Source: an uncultured Acidobacteriaceae bacterium
Lineage (GTDB): Bacteria > Acidobacteriota > Terriglobia > Terriglobales > Acidobacteriaceae
DNA length: 64,000 bases
Direction of reading: 5' to 3'
Assembly: GCA_963765825.1 (NCBI GenBank)
Contig: CAVXXU010000001.1
Location: forward strand, 26,801-90,800
Shown: positions 18,975-27,110 of the stretch, piece after piece
Layout of the letters: each line of letters begins with the position of its first letter
Position numbering within the stretch: position 1 is the first letter of the stretch
Notes under the pieces: model-generated
Databases searched by the model: none
Seen by the model: only the letters and a program-made list of their open reading frames with translations
Told to the model about the DNA's origin: nothing
Made by a program: the position numbers and the translations under genes

Positions 18975-20588
18975 ATGGCTGACTACATTTACACGATGGA
19001 AATCCGGCTGACCCCGGACCAGCTCAAGGGCGCCGGCTTGGTGCAAGACGTAGCCCGCGCCGCCGGCATGAACCTTTACCTCACGGGCGGCGCCATCCGT
19101 GACATCATCAGCGGCTTCACCATCCGCGACCTCGACTTCACCGTTCAGGGCAATCCTCTCAAGCTCCAGAAAGATCTGGAAAAAGCGGGCGCGAAGATCA
19201 CCGCCGTCGAAGAGGACATGCGGACCGTCTTCATCTCGCTGCCCGGCAATGCCCGCGCCGAAATCAGCATGGCGCGCACCGAGCGCTTCGAAAAAACCGG
19301 CAAGCCCCCCATCGTCACTCCCGCCACCATTCACGAAGACCTGCGCCGCCGCGACTTCACCGTCAACGCCATGGCGCTCTCGCTGAATGAAGGCTCCCGC
19401 GGCCTGCTGCTCGATCCTTTCAACGGCGTCGCCGACATCGAGACTAAGGTCATCCGCATTCTTCAGAACTATTCGTTCCTCGAAGATCCTTCGCGCCTCA
19501 TCCGCGCCACTCGCTTTGCCGCCCGCTTCAGTTGGCCGCTCGAAGAGCGCACCCAGGCCCGCTACGACGCGGCCAAGGAAGGCAAGTACATTGACCACAT
19601 CCTGCGCTCCTCCATCGGCCACGAAATCGCGGCCCTGGCGCACGAAGACGATCCCCTGCACGTCGTCAAGATGCTGGAGAAAGAAGGCTGGCTCCAGATC
19701 CTGCACGATCACTGGACCGTCGCGAAAGTCGACGCCAACGGCATCTCGCAGTTGATGAAGACGCGCCAGCAGATGGTCGACATGGGCTACACGCCCGACG
19801 CCGGCCCCGCCGTCATGTATTTCCTGACGTCGCACTTCTCTGACAAAGACGTTGCCGACATTCAGAAACTGATTCCGCGCAAAGACCTGGTCGAGGCTTG
19901 GCGCGACATTGAAGAGCACGCCAAACAGCTGGCCAAGCGCCTGATGGGCAAGGAAGCTGCAACTCCGTCGCGCACCTGGCAGCTGTTATCGTCGGCTCGT
20001 CCGGAGATGGTGTTGTTCCTCGCCGTCACCGCCAAGCAGCAGGCGGTGGAACAGAAAATTAAGAATTACCTGACGAAGTGGCGCCAGGTGCAGCAGAAGC
20101 TGCCGCTGCCTGAAATGACCGAACTGCTGATCACGCCGCAGTTGCCCGAGTATCCCAAACTCGCGCACGACGTCTTCATGCTCTTGCTGGATGGAAAGCT
20201 GCGCTCGCGCACCGAGACGCTGAAATATTTGAAGCCGTTCGCGCCGCCCCCTCCGCCGCCGCCTCCCGCGCCACGCCGAGGTCGCGCTGCCAAAGCTGCT
20301 GCCGCTGAAGCACCCGCAGCACCCGCAGCAGCCGCAGCGGGAAAGCCCGGTCCAAAAGGGAAGAAGGGGAAAGGCGCAGTCCCTCCCGCCGCCCCAGTGG
20401 CTACACCTCCTGTGGCAGCCCCGCCGGCAAAGGCTCCGGCAAAGCCGGCCGAAAAACCCAAGCCCGCGAAACCGACCCCGCCAGCCAAACCCGCACCCAA
20501 ACCGGCAAAGCCCGCCGCGAAACCGGCGAAGAAGCCGGTCGCGAAATCGAAGCCCGCCAAGCCCGCCAAGGGAAAGAAAAAGAAATAG
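18975..20588 (+). CDS. class-II nucleotidyltransferase (CCA-adding enzyme / poly(A) polymerase family) with ~130-aa Ala/Lys/Pro-rich C-terminal tail
   Basis: LTGGAIRDIISGFTIRDLDF, RRDFTVNAMA and EDPSRLIRATRFAARF (PolyA_pol head motifs). Tail PPPPPPPPAPRRG...AKPAEKPKPAKPTPPAKPAPKPAKPAAKPAKKPVAKSKPAKPAKGKKKK. Confidence 0.8.
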   Translation: MADYIYTMEIRLTPDQLKGAGLVQDVARAAGMNLYLTGGAIRDIISGFTIRDLDFTVQGNPLKLQKDLEKAGAKITAVEEDMRTVFISLPGNARAEISMARTERFEKTGKPPIVTPATIHEDLRRRDFTVNAMALSLNEGSRGLLLDPFNGVADIETKVIRILQNYSFLEDPSRLIRATRFAARFSWPLEERTQARYDAAKEGKYIDHILRSSIGHEIAALAHEDDPLHVVKMLEKEGWLQILHDHWTVAKVDANGISQLMKTRQQMVDMGYTPDAGPAVMYFLTSHFSDKDVADIQKLIPRKDLVEAWRDIEEHAKQLAKRLMGKEAATPSRTWQLLSSARPEMVLFLAVTAKQQAVEQKIKNYLTKWRQVQQKLPLPEMTELLITPQLPEYPKLAHDVFMLLLDGKLRSRTETLKYLKPFAPPPPPPPPAPRRGRAAKAAAAEAPAAPAAAAAGKPGPKGKKGKGAVPPAAPVATPPVAAPPAKAPAKPAEKPKPAKPTPPAKPAPKPAKPAAKPAKKPVAKSKPAKPAKGKKKK

Positions 20589-20625
20589 GCTGGAACGATT
20601 CGTTCGCGCTACTTCTAATTACGTA

Positions 20626-20649
20626 GGGACGGACGCATTCGTCCGTCCC
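20626..20649. repeat. REP-like palindrome family B, second copy
   Basis: gggacggacgcattcgtccgtccc, 38 nt after the stop of the nucleotidyltransferase gene. May act as a terminator hairpin. Confidence 0.8.
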
Positions 20650-20826
20650 GGGCTGGATTCTGGAATGCTTTGTCCTATTGCCTCGTGGCCGGCGTGCGCC
20701 TTTGGCAGCATCATCAGAAGGCTTGCGTGGAAGGGCACGGCTTTAGCCGTGCCGTCAGAACCCGCCAAGGACGGGGCGTTAGCCCCTGAGGGCTGCTCCA
20801 CACCAATCGCAAAGCGGAAACAAAAT

Positions 20827-20859
20827 TTGACAATCAGGCGTTATCGCTGAGCGTATAAT
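20827..20859 (+). promoter_or_regulatory. candidate sigma70-like promoter giving a leaderless or near-leaderless transcript of the Gly-rich protein gene
   Basis: Perfect TTGACA (20827-20832) and TATAAT (20854-20859). The spacer is 21 nt, longer than canonical. ATG 20866 lies 7 nt after the -10 hexamer, with no room for an SD. Confidence 0.35.
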
Positions 20860-20865
20860 TTTGCT

Positions 20866-21645
20866 ATGCGCCGCCTGATGGCGATTTCCGCATTCACTCT
20901 CTTCCTGACCGTCCCCCTGTGGGCGCAACATGGCGGCGGAGGTCACGGCGGTTTCAGCGGCGGGCATGCTGGCGGCTTCGGTGGACACGCTTCATTCAGC
21001 GGTGGTCACGTTGGCGGCGGAAGTTTTGCTGGCGGCATGCGTTCGGGCGCTGGGTTCTCTCGCGGAGTTTCTCCTGCGTCGCGCTCCCACGTTTCTCGCA
21101 GTCCCGATCTGCATGGCGGATTTCGCGGCAATCGCTTTGGCTTCAACAACCGCTTTCGCGGCTACGGCTTCCGCAATAACTGCTCTGGCTACCGGTGCGG
21201 TGGTTACGGCTATCCGTGGGACTATTACGGATATTACGATCCGGGGTGGTGGGATTCAGGTTCTTCGTACGATGAGGACGACGAACGTGACCGCGCCACT
21301 GCCAACGACATGAACGAGCAGAGTCTCGAACAACAGCGAATGTTCCATCAGGAACAGGCTGATGGCGATCGCGATGTCTACGCCCGCTCCGATCCCAGGC
21401 CAAGACCGGCGCCCAGCAGCGAACCGCAGGGCACGCCGATCATGCCCGCCACGGTCCTGGTGTTTCGCGATCAGCATCGGAAAGAAATCCAGAACTACGC
21501 CATCGTGGGCCAGACGCTGTGGAATTTCGCTCCGCAGCACACCGAAAAGATTCCACTCGCCGATCTCGATTTGGTAGCCACCGCGAAAGCTAACGATGAT
21601 CGCGGCACCACTTTCCGCGTTCCCGCCAGCAATGAGGCCCAGTAG
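20866..21645 (+). CDS. secreted Gly/His/Phe- and Arg/Gly/Tyr-rich low-complexity protein with globular C-terminal domain
   Basis: 259 aa. Signal peptide MRRLMAISAFTLFLTVPLWA, then GGGGHGGFSGGHAGGFGGHASFSGGH repeats. The C-terminal ~80 aa are non-repetitive. Confidence 0.6.
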   Translation: MRRLMAISAFTLFLTVPLWAQHGGGGHGGFSGGHAGGFGGHASFSGGHVGGGSFAGGMRSGAGFSRGVSPASRSHVSRSPDLHGGFRGNRFGFNNRFRGYGFRNNCSGYRCGGYGYPWDYYGYYDPGWWDSGSSYDEDDERDRATANDMNEQSLEQQRMFHQEQADGDRDVYARSDPRPRPAPSSEPQGTPIMPATVLVFRDQHRKEIQNYAIVGQTLWNFAPQHTEKIPLADLDLVATAKANDDRGTTFRVPASNEAQ

Positions 21646-21867
21646 TTTCTACGGTTTAACTTCTCCAGGCCCCACTCACAGCACCCTCTTGCCTTTCGCT
21701 GCAGCGAAGGGGGTGTTTAATCCCGCGGCGTTTCCTTTTCGCCGCCGGGCTAGTACAGTTAAATCAAACGTTTAGGTCATGACCATCGGATGTGGGGAAC
21801 CTGCGGAAATACGGGGTGAAACCCCGGTAGAACCCTGTCTGAATGGTAAAATAAAAGAATACCCACT

Positions 21868-23337
21868 ATGCCTTTAAAAACACTGTTTCTGAATCCCCCA
21901 TCGTTTGAAAACTTTGACGGAGGGGCCGGGTCGCGTTGGCCCGCCACCCGCGAAATCGAAAGCTACTGGTACCCGGTCTGGTTGGCTTATCCGGCGGGGA
22001 TGCTGGAAGGGGCGCGGCTGCTGGATGCGCCGCCGCATCACGTTTCGGGCGATGAGACCATCGAGATCGCGAAGGAGTACGAGTTTCTCGTGCTCTTCAC
22101 TTCGACGCCGGGATTTCCGGGCGACATTCTTCTGTCGCGCGCGATCAAGCAGGCGAATCCGAATATCAAGATTGCATTTGTGGGACCGCACGTGAGCGTG
22201 CTGCCGGAGAAGTCGCTGCGCGATTGTCCGGAAATCGATTTCGTTTGCCGCAAAGAGTTTGACTTCGCGGTGGTGGACTATGCCAAGGGTAAGCCACTGG
22301 CGGACATACCGGGTGTGTCGTTCCTGAAAGATGGAAAAGTTGTACACAATCCCGATGCGCCGCAGATTCAGGATCTGGACGCGCTGCCGCACGTCACCGA
22401 CGTCTACAGGCGCGATCTCGACGTCACGCGTTACAACGTGCCATTTCTGTTGCATCCGTTCGTTTCGCTCTACACCACGCGTGGCTGCCCGGCGCAGTGT
22501 ACGTTTTGCTTGTGGCCGCAGACGCTAAGCGGACACCCGTGGCGCAAACGTTCCGCCGATGACGTGGCCCGCGAAATGGCGAAAGCTAAGGAAATGTGGC
22601 CGAACGTAAAGGAATTTTTCTTCGACGACGACACTTTCAATATTCAGAAGGCACGCACCATCGAACTCTGCGCCAAGTTGAAGCCGTTGGGCCTGACCTG
22701 GTCCTGCACCTCGCGCGTGACCACCGATTTCGAAACTCTGAAGGCGATGAAGGAAGCGGGCTGCCGCCTGCTGATCGTGGGTTACGAGTCGGGAGACCAG
22801 CAGATCCTGAAGAATATCAAGAAAGGCGCCACGATCGAACGCGCGCGCCAGTTCACCAAGGACTGCCACAAACTGGGCCTGGTGATTCATGGCGACTTCA
22901 TCATGGGGCTGCCGGGTGAGACGCACGAGACCATCAACAACAGCATCGCGTTCGCCAAGGAACTCGACGTGGAAACCATCCAGGTTTCAGTGGCGCACGC
23001 CTATCCGGGCACCGAGCTTTACGACTACGCGGTAAAAAACGGATTCATGGTGGGCGACAACAAGATGGTCGATGAGGGTGGACATCAGCTGGCGCAGATT
23101 CAGTATCCGGGACTGCCGGCTGACGACATCATGTCGGCGGTGCATCGCTTCTATGACGAATATTACTTCCGGCCGAAGGCCGTGTTTCGCATCTTGAGGA
23201 AGGCGGCGTTCGACAGCAACGACCGCAAGCGCCTGTACAAAGAAGCGAAGTCGTTCCTGAAGCTGCGCGCGGCGCGCAACAAGATGGTGAAGAAACATCA
23301 CGACGAAGCCGCGACCGCTGAGCCGGTTAAAGCGTAG
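21868..23337 (+). CDS. hpnJ: hopanoid biosynthesis-associated B12-binding radical SAM protein HpnJ
   Basis: 489 aa. N-terminus MPLKTLFLNPPSFENFDGGAGSRWPATREIESYWYP matches my memory of the HpnJ family. Radical SAM cluster motif CPAQCTFC. Confidence 0.82.
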   Translation: MPLKTLFLNPPSFENFDGGAGSRWPATREIESYWYPVWLAYPAGMLEGARLLDAPPHHVSGDETIEIAKEYEFLVLFTSTPGFPGDILLSRAIKQANPNIKIAFVGPHVSVLPEKSLRDCPEIDFVCRKEFDFAVVDYAKGKPLADIPGVSFLKDGKVVHNPDAPQIQDLDALPHVTDVYRRDLDVTRYNVPFLLHPFVSLYTTRGCPAQCTFCLWPQTLSGHPWRKRSADDVAREMAKAKEMWPNVKEFFFDDDTFNIQKARTIELCAKLKPLGLTWSCTSRVTTDFETLKAMKEAGCRLLIVGYESGDQQILKNIKKGATIERARQFTKDCHKLGLVIHGDFIMGLPGETHETINNSIAFAKELDVETIQVSVAHAYPGTELYDYAVKNGFMVGDNKMVDEGGHQLAQIQYPGLPADDIMSAVHRFYDEYYFRPKAVFRILRKAAFDSNDRKRLYKEAKSFLKLRAARNKMVKKHHDEAATAEPVKA

Positions 23338-23342
23338 CGGCA

Positions 23343-23432
23343 GGTTTCAAAGTTTCACGTTTCAAGGTTTCAAGGCCTTGACTCTTGGCGTCTTTGAAAC
23401 CTTGAGACTCTGCAACCTTGAAAGTTTGAAGC
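23343..23432. repeat. GTTTCAA-based repeat block forming a long imperfect palindrome
   Basis: ggtttcaaagtttcacgtttcaaggtttcaagg ... ctttgaaaccttgagactctgcaaccttgaaagtttgaagcc. Fills the hpnJ-DMT spacer. Confidence 0.8.
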
Positions 23433-23443
23433 CTGAATTCTAA

Positions 23444-23950
23444 GTGACCTTCCGTAAGTATCTGGTGCTGGCTGGAGTGACCGTCTTTGCGGCGGCCGGG
23501 GACTCCATGCTCTCGCACGGAATGAAGCAGACCGGCAATATTTCCCTCCATCACCTGCAGAGCATTATCCTCGCGGTGCTCAATCCGTGGGTGGCGGTGG
23601 GCATTGTTCTGCTGCTCGCGTTTTTCGCCGCGTATATGAACGCACTCTCTTGGGCGGACCTGACTTATGTTTTGCCCGCGACCTCGCTGGGATATGTGCT
23701 GCTGGCGCTGGTGGCGAAGTTTGCGCTGCATGAGCAGGTCAGTCCGATGCGCTGGCTGGGAATTGCGCTGATTTCGGGTGGAGTGGGATTTGTGGCGGGA
23801 GGACCGGCGCTGACTGCGCAAGATTCCAATAAGCCGCTCATCGATTCCGCTCAGGGCAAGCTTCTGGCCGAAAGCTCGAGGAACTCCACCGTTGAGAACG
23901 GATCATCCGTTGAAGACGTTGCCGCGGTATCGAGCGGGGAGCGGCGATGA
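23444..23950 (+). CDS. 4-TM DMT/SMR-like (EamA-type half) membrane protein, subunit 1
   Basis: 168 aa, GTG start, four hydrophobic helices. Paralogous to the next ORF (GD..L...MKQ.G; ALSW.D...V.PA.SL; KF.LHE.V...RW). Confidence 0.65.
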   Translation: MTFRKYLVLAGVTVFAAAGDSMLSHGMKQTGNISLHHLQSIILAVLNPWVAVGIVLLLAFFAAYMNALSWADLTYVLPATSLGYVLLALVAKFALHEQVSPMRWLGIALISGGVGFVAGGPALTAQDSNKPLIDSAQGKLLAESSRNSTVENGSSVEDVAAVSSGERR

Positions 23951-24327
23951 GGGAAGCCTACACCTGGGGCGGCATTGTTGTAGTGGTCTTCGCGTCGGTG
24001 GTGGGGGATGTGTTGCTGGCGCGCGCCATGAAACAAGTCGGCGATGTGCATGAGCTTTGGAGCCGTTCGGGGTTTTGGGCCGTGGTGTCGCGTACGCTGG
24101 GCAACGCGAGTTTTTTTCTGGGCGTGACTGCGATGGCGGTGGCTTTTTTCAGTCTGCTGTTTGCGCTGTCGTGGGGAGACGTGAGTTTGGTGGCGCCGGC
24201 TGCGGCGTCGCTGACTTTCATCGGCAACGCGTTTGCGGCGAAAATCTTTCTGCATGAGAAAGTTGACCGCAGGCGCTGGATTGCGGCAGTGCTGGTGGCG
24301 GGGGGAGTGGCACTGCTGGCGGGATGA
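23947..24327 (+). CDS. 4-TM DMT/SMR-like (EamA-type half) membrane protein, subunit 2
   Basis: 126 aa, four helices. ATGA start/stop overlap with subunit 1. Shares motifs with subunit 1. Confidence 0.65.
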   Translation: MREAYTWGGIVVVVFASVVGDVLLARAMKQVGDVHELWSRSGFWAVVSRTLGNASFFLGVTAMAVAFFSLLFALSWGDVSLVAPAAASLTFIGNAFAAKIFLHEKVDRRRWIAAVLVAGGVALLAG

Positions 24328-24414
24328 GTTCTTTCTTGCCTTGCGAAAATCAAGAACTGGCGGGCGAGTCGGGATGTGGCACACAAGTCAAAAACTGGCG
24401 AGCGAGGGCGCCCG

Positions 24415-24460
24415 CCCCACACATTCCATCCCCACACATACCAGACCCGCACATTTCGTC
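24415..24460. repeat. three degenerate 15-bp tandem units (CCCCACACATNCCAN)
   Basis: ccccacacattccat/ccccacacataccaga/cccgcacatttcgtc. Confidence 0.75.
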
Positions 24461-24668
24461 CTACACGAAAATCTTGTCAAGACCCTTGCGGCGAGGTTTT
24501 TTGCGTAAGTTATTGATTGCGGGAGAAATATAAAGTTGGAATTTTTGCCGGTTTACCCCCTTCGATTTGGTATTCTGAATTTATAGAGAAGAAGTTGTGG
24601 CGCAGGCCCCGATTGGGCGCTGCGCCATTCTTATTTTGGGGCTGAGGTAGGGGCCGCGCTGCGCGCGG

Positions 24669-24697
24669 CGGACAGCCGGGGGCGGCTGTCCCCACAT
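24669..24697. repeat. REP-like hairpin family A, copy 2
   Basis: cggacagccgggggcggctgtccccacat. Confidence 0.7.
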
Positions 24698-24736
24698 AAA
24701 CCGGCGCCACATAATCCAAGTGGCGAGGGTGAAATT

Positions 24737-26770
24737 TTAGCGGGTGGCGGTTTTGGTGGTGGAAGTTTGCGGCGTGAAGTAGCGGACGGTCACGTCGTCG
24801 CCTAAATGGGTAGTGCGTGTGGCTGCTAATCGCGGACGCGTGGCGTGGGATCGGTCGGGAAAGGTTCGAACGGTGACGTCGTCGCCGATGTACTCGACTT
24901 CATTGGGCCCGACCTGCACTCGCTTGAGCGAAGGTGCGGAATGAGCGGCGGTGGCCTTCGCTGAAACCGGCGCCGGAGTGGGCGAGGCATCGGCTGCCGC
25001 CGTCGGCTTGGGAAGTTGAGGATGCGCATCATTGGCAGCGGCGCTGGTTGAAGTCGAAGATTCAGCGGGCTTTGCTGGGCCGTGGCTGCGGTAGGCCAGC
25101 ACGGTCGTAAAAGCGAACAAGATGGCGGCAGCCATAGCGAGGTCCCGCGAGGCGTTGGTCCAGCGAAGACTTCGAGCGCGTTGCGTCAGCAAGGCCACCG
25201 ATGAGACTGTGTTCTTCAAGATCGAAGAAAACTCGGAGGCGGCGTCGCGCGATCCTGCGCGCAAGCGGTCGGGCCAGTTGGAATTTCTGGCGCGTTGCGT
25301 GAGCCGGGCCGCGGATAAGGACGCTTGTTTAAAAGTAGAAGAAAACTGGGAGGAGGCATCGTGAGCTCTGGCGCGCAAACGGTCGGGCCATTTGGAATTC
25401 CTGGCGCGCTGCGCGAGCAAGGCTGCGGAGGCGGCGGTATTTTTAAAAGTCGAAAAGAGTTCTGTCGAAGCGTCCTGAGCCGTGCTTCGCAAATTTTCGC
25501 GCCATGCGGAAGTTCTGGTTCGCCAAGCGGGCGTAGCGGGGATCGCCGTTGTTGGCGGGATGGCTGGCAGCTCTTGCGAACGGGATTTCTGTTCGGACTG
25601 CTCTTGTGCCGGCGACAACGTTTGTGCGAGCGGCTCCTGCGGGGCTATTGCTTCTGGTGGCAACGGCTGCGTTGGCAGAACTTGTTTGGCAAACTGTTGT
25701 GCGGGGAGTTCTTCCTGCGGCCAATCTCGCGCCGACCAGTCTTGCGTCTCGAGTTTCTGGGTTGCCATTTCTTGTTGCGGAAATTCTTGCGGCAGCAACT
25801 CCTGCGGCAATTCCGGACCTGCGGCCTCGGCTGAGAGTTGGGTACGGCTGGGCCGGCGCCGGCTCTTCGCTCGTTGTGCCGCGGCAGTGGCGAGCCATGC
25901 GGCGTGACGGAATACGGGCAACTGCATGATGTCGGCAAACAATGCTCCGCAGCGAGCGTAGAGAGAATGCTCGTTTTCGGGAAGCATCAGGAAATCGGGT
26001 GCAGGCTCGAAGGCGTCGTCGAGCGGCGCAATTTCCTCAACGTCGTCAGCGGATGTCAATTGACTGACTGGCCGATTTTCTTCGACCTGACTGTTTGCGA
26101 AGCGATCCAGATCGATCTTGTTCTGTTCGATCTGACTGGGTACGAGTTGGTTTTTTTCAAACTGGGCAGCGTGGAAAAGCGCGGCTTCAATCTGTTCGGC
26201 CATCAAGCGGTAAGCACGCACTTCGGGAACGTCGAAGGCGTGGGGTTCGTGGAAGCGGATGTCAAGAACTCCACCGAGAGTTCCATCCTGATAAATCGGC
26301 ACAATGAGCAGCGCATTGGCGCCGAACTGGCGGCAAATGTCGGCTTCGATGCGCGTATCGGTTTGCGCATTTTCGACTCGAAGAATTTCGCAGTTAGTTT
26401 TTGTGCCGGGGGAAACGGTCAGGGAAGCGGTCACCTGGTGTCCAATCAAGGGGGCGCTGGTTCCGCTTCCGGCGCGGTAGGTCAAGCGATCACGCTTCAG
26501 CAGGGCAACGGCGATACCGCTGGCATTGGCCACGTGGCGCGCCGAATCCACGATGTGAGCCATCACGGAATCAACGTCAAGCTTGCCGCTGGCGAGCAAA
26601 CGCTGGATTTGCATGATTGCAGTGAGGGAGTGAGGATCGATGCGGCTTTCCTGCACCGCAAAAGCGTTGGCCAAAAGCTGCTGAAGAGTTTCGCGGTCGT
26701 TGGGTGGGTTGGTCATACTGCGGTGACACTCGGTGTAGCGACGTTGGCGGGCGAGCGGGCCGAACCACAT
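24737..26770 (-). CDS. membrane-anchored GAF-domain protein with Gln/Pro-rich linker, three 38-aa tandem repeats, one TM helix and short extracytoplasmic tail
   Basis: N-terminal GAF-like region (LLIVPIYQDGTLGGVLDIRF). Repeats DAS.(E/Q)FSS(T/I)(F/L)K...L(A/T)QRAR... occur three times. TM helix LAMAAAILFAFTTVLAY. Alternative start ATG 26716. Confidence 0.7.
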   Translation of the reverse strand: MWFGPLARQRRYTECHRSMTNPPNDRETLQQLLANAFAVQESRIDPHSLTAIMQIQRLLASGKLDVDSVMAHIVDSARHVANASGIAVALLKRDRLTYRAGSGTSAPLIGHQVTASLTVSPGTKTNCEILRVENAQTDTRIEADICRQFGANALLIVPIYQDGTLGGVLDIRFHEPHAFDVPEVRAYRLMAEQIEAALFHAAQFEKNQLVPSQIEQNKIDLDRFANSQVEENRPVSQLTSADDVEEIAPLDDAFEPAPDFLMLPENEHSLYARCGALFADIMQLPVFRHAAWLATAAAQRAKSRRRPSRTQLSAEAAGPELPQELLPQEFPQQEMATQKLETQDWSARDWPQEELPAQQFAKQVLPTQPLPPEAIAPQEPLAQTLSPAQEQSEQKSRSQELPAIPPTTAIPATPAWRTRTSAWRENLRSTAQDASTELFSTFKNTAASAALLAQRARNSKWPDRLRARAHDASSQFSSTFKQASLSAARLTQRARNSNWPDRLRAGSRDAASEFSSILKNTVSSVALLTQRARSLRWTNASRDLAMAAAILFAFTTVLAYRSHGPAKPAESSTSTSAAANDAHPQLPKPTAAADASPTPAPVSAKATAAHSAPSLKRVQVGPNEVEYIGDDVTVRTFPDRSHATRPRLAATRTTHLGDDVTVRYFTPQTSTTKTATR
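25142..25480 (-). repeat. three 114-bp tandem coding repeats inside the GAF-domain gene
   Basis: A 38-aa period is seen in the protein, and the DNA blocks are visibly similar. Confidence 0.8.
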
Positions 26771-27110
26771 TAAAGCTGATGACGCGAGTCTCTCACCCGG
26801 TAAAATCGGTTGTCAATTAAAAATGCCAAGCTGCCGACAGATTTTGATGCGAACTGCTAAAAAGCTGTTGCCGCTCAAATGGAGACCGGGAATGGGCAGG
26901 ACGCAAGGAAGTTAAGGGTGGGGCGGTGGTTTTAAGTACGAGATGGAAATGCGGAAGAGGGACAATGGATTATGGATTTCAGCGCGAGGTGCTATAGAGC
27001 TATTGTTCGAAGAATTTTGCAGCGGCCAATGCTGAAATGAGAGGTTGCTCGCGCCGCTATAGAGTACTATACTCCGCCCGTTCCAACTTTCGTTCCACTG
27101 GAGAGCTTGT

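Noticed and set aside
21780-21867. Possible cobalamin riboswitch upstream of the B12-binding radical SAM gene hpnJ (ggggaacctgcggaaatacggggtgaaaccccgg).
   Set aside because: Only loose resemblance to the GGGAA...GGTG.GAA core. No recognisable B12 box (GCCACTG-like), and the region is too short for the full fold. A covariance-model scan would be needed to revive this idea.
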